From positions 1-26,219 of IMG/VR virus record IMGVR_UViG_3300002091_000104: a stretch of 26,219 nucleotides of DNA, one strand, 5' to 3'. This document shows positions 7,553 to 16,448 of this stretch, piece by piece; within the stretch, counting starts at the first letter, position 1; the number at the start of each line of letters is the position of its first letter. The position numbers and the translations under genes are program-made. This stretch comes from a virus. Its lineage: Duplodnaviria > Caudoviricetes. The notes beneath the pieces are model-generated. The model made no database searches. It was not told where the DNA came from and saw only the letters and a program-made list of their open reading frames with translations.

Positions 7553-7749
7553 CGTCTCATAGACTTATAATCCGGTCTCAACTTAACGTGAGTTGGGTAT
7601 TTCTTCTCGTGTTCTTTTTGTTCTCTCACAACCTTAGCGTAAGCCTCTCTTTTACTTGGAGCCCACACGTCGTTGAATCCACCACCAATCCAATTAAACA
7701 AATAAAGGTATTCACCGTTAACACTTCTATACAATTTCTCTTTATCCAT
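7495..7749 (-). CDS. Hypothetical phage protein
   Basis: ORF directly after TATCTTTG promoter at 7771-7778. Confidence 0.75.
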   Translation of the reverse strand: MDKEKLYRSVNGEYLYLFNWIGGGFNDVWAPSKREAYAKVVREQKEHEKKYPTHVKLRPDYKSMRRCTYSQYQEQNRMGWMMSM

Positions 7750-7936
7750 AATTCATCCGTTTTGTGAGTACAAAGATACTGCTATTTTTTGTTCTACCAA
7801 ATTTATTTTAAAAATTTTTAAAAATATTTTTTACTACAACGATTACGTAAATTTTTTTTGGCATAATGTTTGACTTACCGGTTTTAAATAACTATTTATT
7901 TAACGAACTTAAAAATTAACTTAAACAAAAAGTATT

Positions 7937-8110
7937 ATGAAAAAAGTATTATTAGCTTTAGCAATTATCGCAACATTGACGGTAACATCTTGTAAACAAG
8001 TAAACACAGAGGAATCAACAACTACAGTTGATACGACAGCGGTTGATTCAGTATCAGTAGATACAACAGCCGTAGACACTACTCACGTAGATACTACACA
8101 AGTGAAGTAA
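7937..8110 (+). CDS. Small lipoprotein (57 aa) with VD(T/S)(T/V) repeats
   Basis: MKKVLLALAIIATLTVTS-C-KQVNTEESTTTVDTTAVDSVSVDTTAVDTTHVDTTQVK: signal peptide II and lipobox Cys; followed by a terminator. Confidence 0.85.
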   Translation: MKKVLLALAIIATLTVTSCKQVNTEESTTTVDTTAVDSVSVDTTAVDTTHVDTTQVK

Positions 8111-8117
8111 AACAAAT

Positions 8118-8142
8118 AACCCCTCTTCGGAGGGGTTTTTTT
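8118..8142. terminator. Intrinsic terminator
   Basis: AACCCCTC-TTCG-GAGGGGTT followed by a T run. Confidence 0.85.
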
Positions 8143-8746
8143 ATTTTAATAATTGTTTTATTCTATTTATATCTTCATTAACTTTTTGAAGTTTTTCATC
8201 TTTTTCTTTTTCCTTTTTCATTTTAGCATCAGCTTTTTCTTCATCAGTCTTAGGTCTTATCATATTATGAAATAAATCTAAAGGTTTTAAGGCCAAATGA
8301 GTTAAAAAATCTGCAGTATATGATTTACCAGGTATTGTAGACGTTGGTTCTTTTTTGGTTTTGTTTTTGTTATTATCGTCTTTATCGGATTTTTTATTTG
8401 TTCCATCATCAATACCATTAAAAAATGGCATAACACTCATTTTTTTACCATTCTCATCCAAGATACTATATTCAATATCTGTTGTGTCACCATAAGCAAA
8501 TGACTCTCCTTGTTTTAACGGAACGTTAACGCCGACTTGAAATCTATTAATCCCCTTAAATTTTGAATATACATATTGATTATCTAAACTATGTTGTATT
8601 ATAATAGAATCATTATTAATGTTATAAACAAGACCTTTATATGGAGAAACAATTGGGCTTCCATAATTAGGTGTTAACATAACACTGTTTGAACCAGGAA
8701 TATCTGTTATCCTTGAACCACTAATTGGATTTACAAATTGTATCAT
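8141..8746 (-). CDS. Degenerate M23 peptidase-like fold protein
   Basis: GSPIVSPYKGLV...IIIQH...YSKF......VG..LKQGE pattern without the Zn-binding His residues; C-terminus INRIKQLLK resembles that of the neighbouring gene. Confidence 0.5.
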   Translation of the reverse strand: MIQFVNPISGSRITDIPGSNSVMLTPNYGSPIVSPYKGLVYNINNDSIIIQHSLDNQYVYSKFKGINRFQVGVNVPLKQGESFAYGDTTDIEYSILDENGKKMSVMPFFNGIDDGTNKKSDKDDNNKNKTKKEPTSTIPGKSYTADFLTHLALKPLDLFHNMIRPKTDEEKADAKMKKEKEKDEKLQKVNEDINRIKQLLK

Positions 8747-9372
8747 TTTAATAATTTTTTTATTTTATTAATGTCTCTATCTAATCTACTTTCTGTTTGA
8801 ATACCTAATTTATTAATACCGGTTGTTAAAGCATCGGTAAAAATACTATCGGCAGCCATTCTATATTTATTTGAACTATCAGATGTTGTTGCGGTAGATG
8901 TATTACCGGAAGCCGAAACAGTTCCTGGTGTTGATGGAGCCCCTGTTGTATTAGATACGTGAACGTGGTCTAAATGGTTAGCTACTTGCCATAATACAGC
9001 CTTTGGGTGTCCTGTTTCACTACCGTTAGCGTCATACCCCATACTTTTTAATTGAGCCACTAAAGTATTACCTAGTTGAGTAAATTTGGTTTTGTCAGAA
9101 TTATACGATACCCCATCAATGTTTGCAACGTCAACAGCACTACCGGTAGTATGTCTACTTGGATTTCCTGATGAAGTAGTTTCTCTATGGTCAGAAACTG
9201 CCGTGGTAATAATAACTTTAAGATTCGCATTTTTTGCCGCAGTGTTAATATCATTTAATAGTGCCGGAGATATTAAATCTTTACTAGTACCGTCATTATC
9301 TGTTGTAGTATTTGACAAACCTAAAGAACTTACTGTAACATTTGCTTCTAATAAACTAATTAATTTTTTCAT
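8743..9372 (-). CDS. Zn peptidase, M15/Hedgehog-like fold (possible cell-wall hydrolase)
   Basis: SRHTTGSAVD and HLDHVHVS motifs. Confidence 0.65.
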   Translation of the reverse strand: MKKLISLLEANVTVSSLGLSNTTTDNDGTSKDLISPALLNDINTAAKNANLKVIITTAVSDHRETTSSGNPSRHTTGSAVDVANIDGVSYNSDKTKFTQLGNTLVAQLKSMGYDANGSETGHPKAVLWQVANHLDHVHVSNTTGAPSTPGTVSASGNTSTATTSDSSNKYRMAADSIFTDALTTGINKLGIQTESRLDRDINKIKKLLK

Positions 9373-9373
9373 A

Positions 9374-9979
9374 TTATTGTTCTAAATGATTCATTAATAC
9401 ACCACCAATAGAGGTTGACTGAACTAATAAACTAGTTATTGACTCATCATTTAGTTTTGTTTTTTTCTTAGTGTAATCAATACCTAACATACCAATGAAT
9501 CTACCTTCAATACATTTTATCGCAAAAAGATATCCTGATTTACATCCAGTATCTTCCGCAATATATTTTAATCCAAATGTTGCGACAGTTTCATCTTTAA
9601 AGTCAGGTATTCCAATTGTATCGTTTTCTAATAATTGATTGATTGATTTACTAAACAAATTAACAGGTATATTATGAAAATTTCCTTGGATGGATGATAC
9701 TGATGGTGCAACAGATTCGTATATGATACTGAATTTCGCCATCGATTTCCCGGTTGGATAAAAATTACCCCCATTATGAAATTGCGCAACCCAAACTCTA
9801 TCAGCTTTAAATTCGTCTTTAATATGGTCTAATTTGGTCATTACAAGTTCACTAACTTTTAATGTTTCCAATACCATATCAGGTTTTTCCGGTTTTTTAT
9901 CTAATTTATTCTTAATGAATAATAATAGAACAGGTCCTAATACCCCCGTTATAAACGCCACTATTATTGATACACTCAT
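9374..9979 (-). CDS. Putative holin (N-terminal TM helix plus GAF-like domain)
   Basis: Single N-terminal hydrophobic helix; ADRVWVAQFHNGG...IGMLGIDY; upstream of the peptidase. Confidence 0.55.
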   Translation of the reverse strand: MSVSIIVAFITGVLGPVLLLFIKNKLDKKPEKPDMVLETLKVSELVMTKLDHIKDEFKADRVWVAQFHNGGNFYPTGKSMAKFSIIYESVAPSVSSIQGNFHNIPVNLFSKSINQLLENDTIGIPDFKDETVATFGLKYIAEDTGCKSGYLFAIKCIEGRFIGMLGIDYTKKKTKLNDESITSLLVQSTSIGGVLMNHLEQ

Positions 9980-10023
9980 GCCTATTTTAATGTTTTTTTA
10001 TAATCTATAAATACCTCAAAAAC

Positions 10024-10051
10024 AAAAAAAGTGAGGTGTTACCCGCACTTT
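10024..10051 (-). terminator. Intrinsic terminator after the RNA ligase
   Basis: AAAGTGCGG-GTAACA-CCTCACTTTTTTT. Confidence 0.65.
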
Positions 10052-10052
10052 A

Positions 10053-11078
10053 TTACAATTTTTTGAATTCCGGTCTAATTAGATTCCATATGATTTCAGA
10101 ATAATCTTTTTTATCAAACATTCTGAATAAAATCCCTGACATATGTTTAGGTTGGGTGAATACCCACTCAGCAAATTCCTTTCTATCTGTGATTGATTCT
10201 TTGTCATTGTATTTACCATACATCATATAATCAAATTTTTTACCAACATCTTCAGATATTTGAAAATAACCGTATTTTAAATGTTGGACATAAGATTTGA
10301 TTTTGTCGTAGAATTCATCAGGAACATCTTTTAAAATCTCCATAACATCTTCACCATTTTTCAGGTACTCCCAAACACCAGTTGTGGTGACGTTGGTCAT
10401 AATTTTGTGAAGACGAAGATATTCAACACCTTTCACTTTGACTCTATCTCCGTTAGAAAACTTTACCACGAATCCCTCTTGGTCGTTTTTAACCATTTCT
10501 TTCAGTTGTTTGTAGTCAGTTATACCGTCGTATTTTTTAACCACATCAAAACCATATTGAGCCCACATTTCTATATCATACTCTTTTCCATTCTTATCAA
10601 AGGTTCCTAATAAGACTAACCCTTCATAATCACCATAATCTACTACCACACGATTCTGAGGAAATAAAATTTCAAAACAGAAAGTCAAATGTCTAAACAT
10701 TATGTCGGTGTTATATTTTTTTAATAGTTCTTTAGCTTTGATTGCTTGGTCTGAACCAAATGAACCACGAGTGGCAACCACCCATTGACCTTCGTACCAA
10801 AATACAATTCCTAGTGAGCCGTCCATTTTTTCCCACACCTCAAAGTTTTCGGTTGGTTCAAATTTTCCTTCTTCTATGTTGAAGAATTTGTTAAAAGATT
10901 TTGATACGATATTACCCTTATCATCGGTTACCAATCCACGACACATCAAAAGATGTTCATTCCAAATATTTTCGTATTGACATTTTTCAGAATAATTCCA
11001 TATAGTTAAAGGTAGTGTAGGATGAACTTGTTTATAAACTAATCCATCATCATATAATTTATTTAATATTTGTATCAT
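10053..11078 (-). CDS. RNA ligase, T4 Rnl1-like
   Basis: CRGLV, FNKFFN, motif I EKMDGSLG, motif IV EGFVV, motif V KVK. Start placed at the MIQILNK ATG (track start 11108). Confidence 0.9.
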   Translation of the reverse strand: MIQILNKLYDDGLVYKQVHPTLPLTIWNYSEKCQYENIWNEHLLMCRGLVTDDKGNIVSKSFNKFFNIEEGKFEPTENFEVWEKMDGSLGIVFWYEGQWVVATRGSFGSDQAIKAKELLKKYNTDIMFRHLTFCFEILFPQNRVVVDYGDYEGLVLLGTFDKNGKEYDIEMWAQYGFDVVKKYDGITDYKQLKEMVKNDQEGFVVKFSNGDRVKVKGVEYLRLHKIMTNVTTTGVWEYLKNGEDVMEILKDVPDEFYDKIKSYVQHLKYGYFQISEDVGKKFDYMMYGKYNDKESITDRKEFAEWVFTQPKHMSGILFRMFDKKDYSEIIWNLIRPEFKKL

Positions 11079-11847
11079 AATTATTTTTGTATTTCCAAAT
11101 GAACCCATTTGATGTTTTACAATATCCTGTTAAATTGTTAGAAATAGAATTAAACGACACACCTAAAGTATTTGACGCCTCCGTAATACTACCCCACTCA
11201 TTTATTAAAATATTTTCCTTACTAAATTGTAATATTGGTTTATTACCTTTCCCTCTATTTTTTAAATTAGGGATACCTTTTTTCGACTCACTAATTTTAC
11301 CCCCCCAAGTAACTTCACGACCAATCATTTTTTTTCGTATTTTTTCTTTAGTTTCATCACTAAGTACACTACCTTTCTTTGCTTGACTTAATTTTTTTTT
11401 ATGTTCTTCAGTTAAAATTGAATTTTTTCTATTTCCTGGTTTACCTTTTCTTTGTCGTGAACTTTTACCGTAGATTTCTTGTTTTTTTTGAGTTGGTAAG
11501 GAATCAAAATATTGTTTAAGACTTTTGGATATTTTACTTTTTGTCTCATCACTATTTTCACCATTTTTATCTTTAGTATTTGTTAATAATAAATTCAACC
11601 CATCCATTAAAACATTATAATGGTCTTGCCAATATCTTTCTCGTTCATTTAATAATTCAATTTCACACTCCTCAATCACAGTAAAATTGTGGTTATCCAC
11701 ACCATACTTTATTAATGAGTTATATAATTTTTTTTGAGAATAACATCTTATTTTTTTTTGATATTCATAAAAACGCCTTTCAATGTCGATACTTTGACCA
11801 ATGTAAATTTTACCTTTAGGATTTGTTATTTTGTATATTCCAATCAT
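11059..11847 (-). CDS. GIY-YIG homing endonuclease with NUMOD3/NUMOD1 repeats
   Basis: GIYKITN...IYIGQS..I..R; SDETK.KI repeats; C-terminal W.SI.EAS..LG...GFIWKY. Confidence 0.92.
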   Translation of the reverse strand: MIGIYKITNPKGKIYIGQSIDIERRFYEYQKKIRCYSQKKLYNSLIKYGVDNHNFTVIEECEIELLNERERYWQDHYNVLMDGLNLLLTNTKDKNGENSDETKSKISKSLKQYFDSLPTQKKQEIYGKSSRQRKGKPGNRKNSILTEEHKKKLSQAKKGSVLSDETKEKIRKKMIGREVTWGGKISESKKGIPNLKNRGKGNKPILQFSKENILINEWGSITEASNTLGVSFNSISNNLTGYCKTSNGFIWKYKNNYDTNIK

Positions 11848-11914
11848 AGTTATTTATGTATTAACATAAATATCTACTAACATAATATAATCCCACAATC
11901 TACTAAAATTTATT

Positions 11915-12259
11915 TTAAAATACTAATTTACCCTCTATTTTTTTTAAATTCTCTTCCAACCTACTTAAGAACGATTCTTCACCATCATCACCTGATAGTA
12001 ACCAATCCACTCTTTGAGCGTATTCTTGAGCGATTTTAAGAGCTCTAACAGCCTCTTTCATCTTCTCAATAACCTCATCCGGATATTTGTAATGGGATAA
12101 GTCCTCAGGGTATTTTTTATACCAATCAGGGTCTCTCCAACCTTCTTGCTTTAAATCTTCCGGTGTTTTCTTAACACCATTCTTGATTATCACCTCCTCT
12201 ATTTGGTCTGCGATGTAACCAATCTTATATTGGTCATATTGAAAGGAACCTCCACTCAT
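11915..12259 (-). CDS. Hypothetical phage protein
   Basis: ORF; MSGGSF.Y...DWLLSGDDGEESF. Confidence 0.75.
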   Translation of the reverse strand: MSGGSFQYDQYKIGYIADQIEEVIIKNGVKKTPEDLKQEGWRDPDWYKKYPEDLSHYKYPDEVIEKMKEAVRALKIAQEYAQRVDWLLSGDDGEESFLSRLEENLKKIEGKLVF

Positions 12260-12639
12260 ATCAATTCAAATTTTGTTAATGTATCTCTTCTTTCTTCTTT
12301 GTTAATCCCCAATAAATAATTCTTAACATTACTTACAATTGGTTTGCTGTAAATTTGAACTATCTCACTAAAAGTAATTGTTTTCTTCACAACCTGAGTT
12401 GGGTCACCTTTTAATCTACCATTTTTGTAATCACTAATAGCTGTGAGAATAGTTTTCTTATAACCACTATTCCCATCAATTAGATTTATTGTATGGTTTG
12501 TGTATTGTCCGTTGATAATCAATCTAAGTAAATGAACCTTTCTCGCCTTACCATAAGTAATAACATATTCATCATATCCATTACGATTGAATCCGGTTTC
12601 CGTTTTTTCGTACTTAGCAACTTTAAAGATATTTTCCAT
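12256..12639 (-). CDS. Hypothetical protein
   Basis: ORF after promoter at 12660-12667. Confidence 0.72.
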   Translation of the reverse strand: MENIFKVAKYEKTETGFNRNGYDEYVITYGKARKVHLLRLIINGQYTNHTINLIDGNSGYKKTILTAISDYKNGRLKGDPTQVVKKTITFSEIVQIYSKPIVSNVKNYLLGINKEERRDTLTKFELI

Positions 12640-12713
12640 AGTTAAATAATTTTAGGGGACAAAGATACTAATTTATTTTAGACTACTAAATAAATTACAA
12701 AGAAATTTCAAAT

Positions 12714-13487
12714 TTATTTAATTAACTTTAATTTTTTTAAGTATTCTCTATCAACAATTATTAAAGTGTGTTCTGGATATTGTTCGATAAATAAATCCAT
12801 TTTCATTTTTGAGTGTGGGTGTAAATAACCTTTTACCTCGTAAAAAATATTATTACAATAAAAATCAGGTGTATATGTATTATTATCATTTAATATAAAA
12901 GTGTGTTTTTCATATTCCCAAATAAACCCTAAACTATCCAAATACTTTGCATAAATAACTTCCCAAGTTGACCTCATTTTGATAATAATATCATTATTCT
13001 CATATAATGAATATTTTGAAAATTTTGGTATTTTACCGTACATACCATTTTTATTACCCGAAACTTTTTCAGATATTCTTCTCTTACTATCTTCCGTGTG
13101 ATTCCACCCAAAAACTTTTGGTCTAGTTTTATTATATAATGTGGTTGATGGTCTTGGAACCCCTTTTTGAGAATCTGAAATTTTCTTTCTAGTTTCATCA
13201 GTTTGTATTCGACCTAATCTATTTTTTGTTTGTCGATTTTTATATTCAATATCTTCCCATAATTTTTTTTGAGACTTAGAAATTTTTAATTTAGTTTCAT
13301 CACTAATTTTTTTCCCTTTATGAATTTCACTAAGTTTTAATTTAGTTTCATCACTTCTCTTTTTCTGTGGTTTACCCTTTGATGCAAAGTTTCTACATTC
13401 AATAGAACAATATAATATACCTTGACCATAATATTGTTTATTACAACAATTACAAATTCTATTTTTTTTACCCATAGTTTTCAACAT
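12714..13487 (-). CDS. NUMOD3-repeat protein with C-terminal PD-(D/E)XK nuclease (putative homing endonuclease)
   Basis: CS..C motif, SDETKLK repeats, MRSTWE...YTPDF...EVKG. Confidence 0.82.
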   Translation of the reverse strand: MLKTMGKKNRICNCCNKQYYGQGILYCSIECRNFASKGKPQKKRSDETKLKLSEIHKGKKISDETKLKISKSQKKLWEDIEYKNRQTKNRLGRIQTDETRKKISDSQKGVPRPSTTLYNKTRPKVFGWNHTEDSKRRISEKVSGNKNGMYGKIPKFSKYSLYENNDIIIKMRSTWEVIYAKYLDSLGFIWEYEKHTFILNDNNTYTPDFYCNNIFYEVKGYLHPHSKMKMDLFIEQYPEHTLIIVDREYLKKLKLIK

Positions 13488-13522
13488 TTATATTTAATAC
13501 TATGTATAAATAGTTCAAAATT

Positions 13523-13962
13523 TTATAAACGTACAATAAATCTATTTTTCATATCATTTATTTTTTCAATTGGAACATTATGAATATTCTCACCGTTATG
13601 AGTATTTTCCACAATAATCGAGAACACTTTGTATCCATATTTTTCGGATAAATCATAATATGGTTTCATTTCCCACTCTTGTGTGAATGTGTTGGACACT
13701 ATAATTCTATTTGAAGGTAATGATATACCCTCCCAACCTTTCATAGCAACTTCAACGGAATCTTGACACCATTTATGAGCATCTTTTAGTTTTGTAAAAT
13801 CAAATTGATACTCACCATCTTTCATAAAAAACATATCGGCTTCAATATGTTTTCCACCCAAAGACTTCGCTAATGTTGTTTTACCACTTCCAGGTATTAC
13901 GGAACCCCCCTTAAAAGGAATAGTTCCTTCAGGGGGGTTATATTTTCTTTTATGTTATTCAT
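13523..13962 (-). CDS. P-loop kinase (AAA_33/PNK-like), split in the Walker A by a stop and frame change
   Basis: ATG at 13962 (TAATG overlap with upstream gene) gives MNNIKENITPLKELFLLRGVP*; after TAATA another frame continues PGSGKTTLAKSLGG...EADMFF...AHKWCQ...IIVSNTF...HNVP. Confidence 0.8.
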
Positions 13963-14237
13963 TATAAACTTTCTAAATGTTCAACAATTCTCTTAAACTT
14001 ATCCACATCTTTTTTATCAATAATCATTTCGTCAAATGCTCCATAACGAGATTCATAACCAAAGATGTATTTAAGACCATATTTAACTCTTTTCCAAAAT
14101 GGTCGTTTATTTAATAGTATTTGAAGATATACTTCCGGATATCTCTCTCCATCGATAACATCCTCACTATAAGATATTACCATTTGATGTTCAGTACTAT
14201 GACAAGCACAGATAACAATTTCTCTTTCTTTTTCCAT
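13962..14237 (-). CDS. Hypothetical phage protein
   Basis: ORF in operon. Confidence 0.75.
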   Translation of the reverse strand: MEKEREIVICACHSTEHQMVISYSEDVIDGERYPEVYLQILLNKRPFWKRVKYGLKYIFGYESRYGAFDEMIIDKKDVDKFKRIVEHLESL

Positions 14238-14238
14238 A

Positions 14239-14502
14239 TTAACTTACTTTTACTTCTATTAGTTTTCTTCTCAACCATTGTTCATTAACATTATCAGGTC
14301 TATTACCTAAAATAATTTCATCAACAGCATCTCCAACGGATTCCATTAACATTCTTTTAATTTCAGATGGTGTATCCATAGAGTAGAATGAATAACAATC
14401 TTGAAGTAACTCAAGAGGTAATGGAACCTCAATTATTATCCGTGATGATACTAATGAATCATTTTCATTAAAATGGTCTTCCTCAATTCGTGTTTTATAC
14501 AT
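14239..14502 (-). CDS. Hypothetical protein
   Basis: ORF track 14239..14538; start moved to MYKTRI to avoid overlap. Confidence 0.6.
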   Translation of the reverse strand: MYKTRIEEDHFNENDSLVSSRIIIEVPLPLELLQDCYSFYSMDTPSEIKRMLMESVGDAVDEIILGNRPDNVNEQWLRRKLIEVKVS

Positions 14503-14503
14503 A

Positions 14504-14680
14504 TTATTTTCTTTTAGACATTTCAACCCCCAACTCATTCATATCAGCAAGATTTCCTTTTACATACTTTTTAATATTACCAAAATAGGTGTCCGGAGTT
14601 TGAATTTCAACCCAAAGGTTAAAACCACCAAACCATCGTTTGGTCCAAAAGTAATTTCCTGTTAAATTTTTCTTGTTCAT
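14504..14680 (-). CDS. Hypothetical protein
   Basis: ORF track 14504..14758; likely start at MNKKNL just after the upstream stop. Confidence 0.6.
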   Translation of the reverse strand: MNKKNLTGNYFWTKRWFGGFNLWVEIQTPDTYFGNIKKYVKGNLADMNELGVEMSKRK

Positions 14681-14681
14681 A

Positions 14682-15344
14682 TTACTTACGTTTTTTTCCG
14701 TCTTCAGTTTCAATCTCATCCGTATGGTGGTCAAATAACATATCCGACGCAATTTCACGTTTATCCATTATTCGTATAATATCATCAATATCATACACTC
14801 CAAACGTTGGGTGACCATCCATACCAACGTCCATTTTTTTACCTTTACCAAATCTTAGGTTTGTCGGGAGATGTACGTGCCCGTGAAGTTGGATATGACC
14901 TTTATTTAAACCATCCCAACTCTGTATTGGGAAATGGCAAAGAACAAATGTTTTGAATTTATAAATCAATCTTGTGTAGTGACTAACACTTGTGAATAAA
15001 TCCTGTACTCCGTCTCGGTTATTCTCTATATGCGTATCGTGATTTCCCAATATAAGGTGAATCTCTTTACACAAAATTCTATCTCTAAATTTTTTAATGT
15101 TTTCTACACCAGAAAAACTCCAATCCCCAAGATGAATTAACACATCATCTTGTCCAACAACGCTATTAATGTTATTAACGATTGTTTCGTTCATCTGTTC
15201 TATTGTATTAAAATCTCTTGTTTGAGATATTGGAATACTACCATCCGGTAATCTCCAAGAAGTTACTCCACGACAGATATTTTTGTGACCATAGTGGGAA
15301 TCTGAAACTAACCACACTTTTCTATTGTTATCTATTTTAATCAT
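14682..15344 (-). CDS. Calcineurin-like metallophosphoesterase
   Basis: SDSHYGH, LGD, GNHD, CHFP, HGHVH motifs. Confidence 0.92.
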   Translation of the reverse strand: MIKIDNNRKVWLVSDSHYGHKNICRGVTSWRLPDGSIPISQTRDFNTIEQMNETIVNNINSVVGQDDVLIHLGDWSFSGVENIKKFRDRILCKEIHLILGNHDTHIENNRDGVQDLFTSVSHYTRLIYKFKTFVLCHFPIQSWDGLNKGHIQLHGHVHLPTNLRFGKGKKMDVGMDGHPTFGVYDIDDIIRIMDKREIASDMLFDHHTDEIETEDGKKRK

Positions 15345-15825
15345 ACTGCAAATCTAATTCTTTTTTTCCAAACCAAAAAGGTTTTTCTCTGTTTTTCCAA
15401 GATGCCAAACTAATTTTATCGCCCATATAATAATTTCTGTAAGATTCCACAACAGAATCCGTTTTAAACTCATCCGGCATTGCCATCGCCGGAGTGGTAA
15501 AACCAATATCCGGAATGTTTGGTTTATTTATAATACACCAATTAATCACATCTATTGATTTGTGTCTTTTACCATACCTGTGGGTATATTCTTTACCAAG
15601 TTCCAGTGTTAATTCACACAAATATAAATAATTTGATAAACTCTTACGTGCCCATATTGAACAGGGGTGATTTTTGTGGGTTAATCTATACGGTGCATCA
15701 TTACCATTGACCCAATGAACACTACATAAAATTTGACTGTGTTCCAAAATCATTTTAACAACGTGTTTGTCCACGTGGTATTGTGCCGATAATATAGGAT
15801 TCTCATCTAAGAAAAATACGTTCAT
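15337..15825 (-). CDS. Pyrimidine-dimer DNA glycosylase / endonuclease V-like protein
   Basis: MNVFFLD...DKHVVKMILE..QIL...HKNHPCSIW...EYTHRYGKRH...YRNYY. Confidence 0.8.
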   Translation of the reverse strand: MNVFFLDENPILSAQYHVDKHVVKMILEHSQILCSVHWVNGNDAPYRLTHKNHPCSIWARKSLSNYLYLCELTLELGKEYTHRYGKRHKSIDVINWCIINKPNIPDIGFTTPAMAMPDEFKTDSVVESYRNYYMGDKISLASWKNREKPFWFGKKELDLQYD

Positions 15826-15883
15826 TTTTATTTGTTTTAATAATTAAAGTACAAAGATATGTATAATAAAAATATTCACCAAA

Positions 15884-16354
15884 TTATTTAATAGGTATTT
15901 GGACTCTAACACAAGTCTCAGGCTGTTTTTCGTTTTTCAAAAAATTGTTAATCCAACCACAAATATTATGAGCACCAACGGGATTATGTGAATGAACATA
16001 GATTAATGGAAAATTAAATTTACTATTCTTTTTTTCGTTTTTAGTCATATTAATTCTTTCCGGAAATTCGTAATAAAATTGATTTACTAACCACTTAGCA
16101 GCGTCATAACCGGTTTTCTCATCAATGTTGTTGTAATCCAAAGTATAATTTGGTGAAACATTATCAAAATATTCCTTCATAGCAGTATCACCCAAATCGT
16201 GGTCTAATGATATTATATCAATATTTTCTAATCCAATCTTATTAACTTCCACAACAAATTCATCGTAATTTCTTACAACAATCCAATTATCTCCGGTCGG
16301 TGTTCTCACATCGTCAAGGTATATTCTGCAAGGTGGTTTCATATTATTTTCCAT
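15884..16354 (-). CDS. Cyclic-phosphate-processing receiver-like domain protein
   Basis: IYLDDVR.P...W.VVR, ISLDHDLG, TGYD.AKWL, HSHNPVG. Confidence 0.75.
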   Translation of the reverse strand: MENNMKPPCRIYLDDVRTPTGDNWIVVRNYDEFVVEVNKIGLENIDIISLDHDLGDTAMKEYFDNVSPNYTLDYNNIDEKTGYDAAKWLVNQFYYEFPERINMTKNEKKNSKFNFPLIYVHSHNPVGAHNICGWINNFLKNEKQPETCVRVQIPIK

Positions 16355-16448
16355 AGTATTTTAATTTTGATACAAAGATAATCATTTTTTTCAGATAAAA
16401 AAATGTTTAATCAAAAAAAGTAAATATTTATTAATAAAAAAAAACATT

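Noticed and set aside
11059-13487. Group I introns housing the endonucleases
   Set aside because: Flanking genes appear complete and there is too little flanking non-coding sequence for an intron core; they look free-standing.
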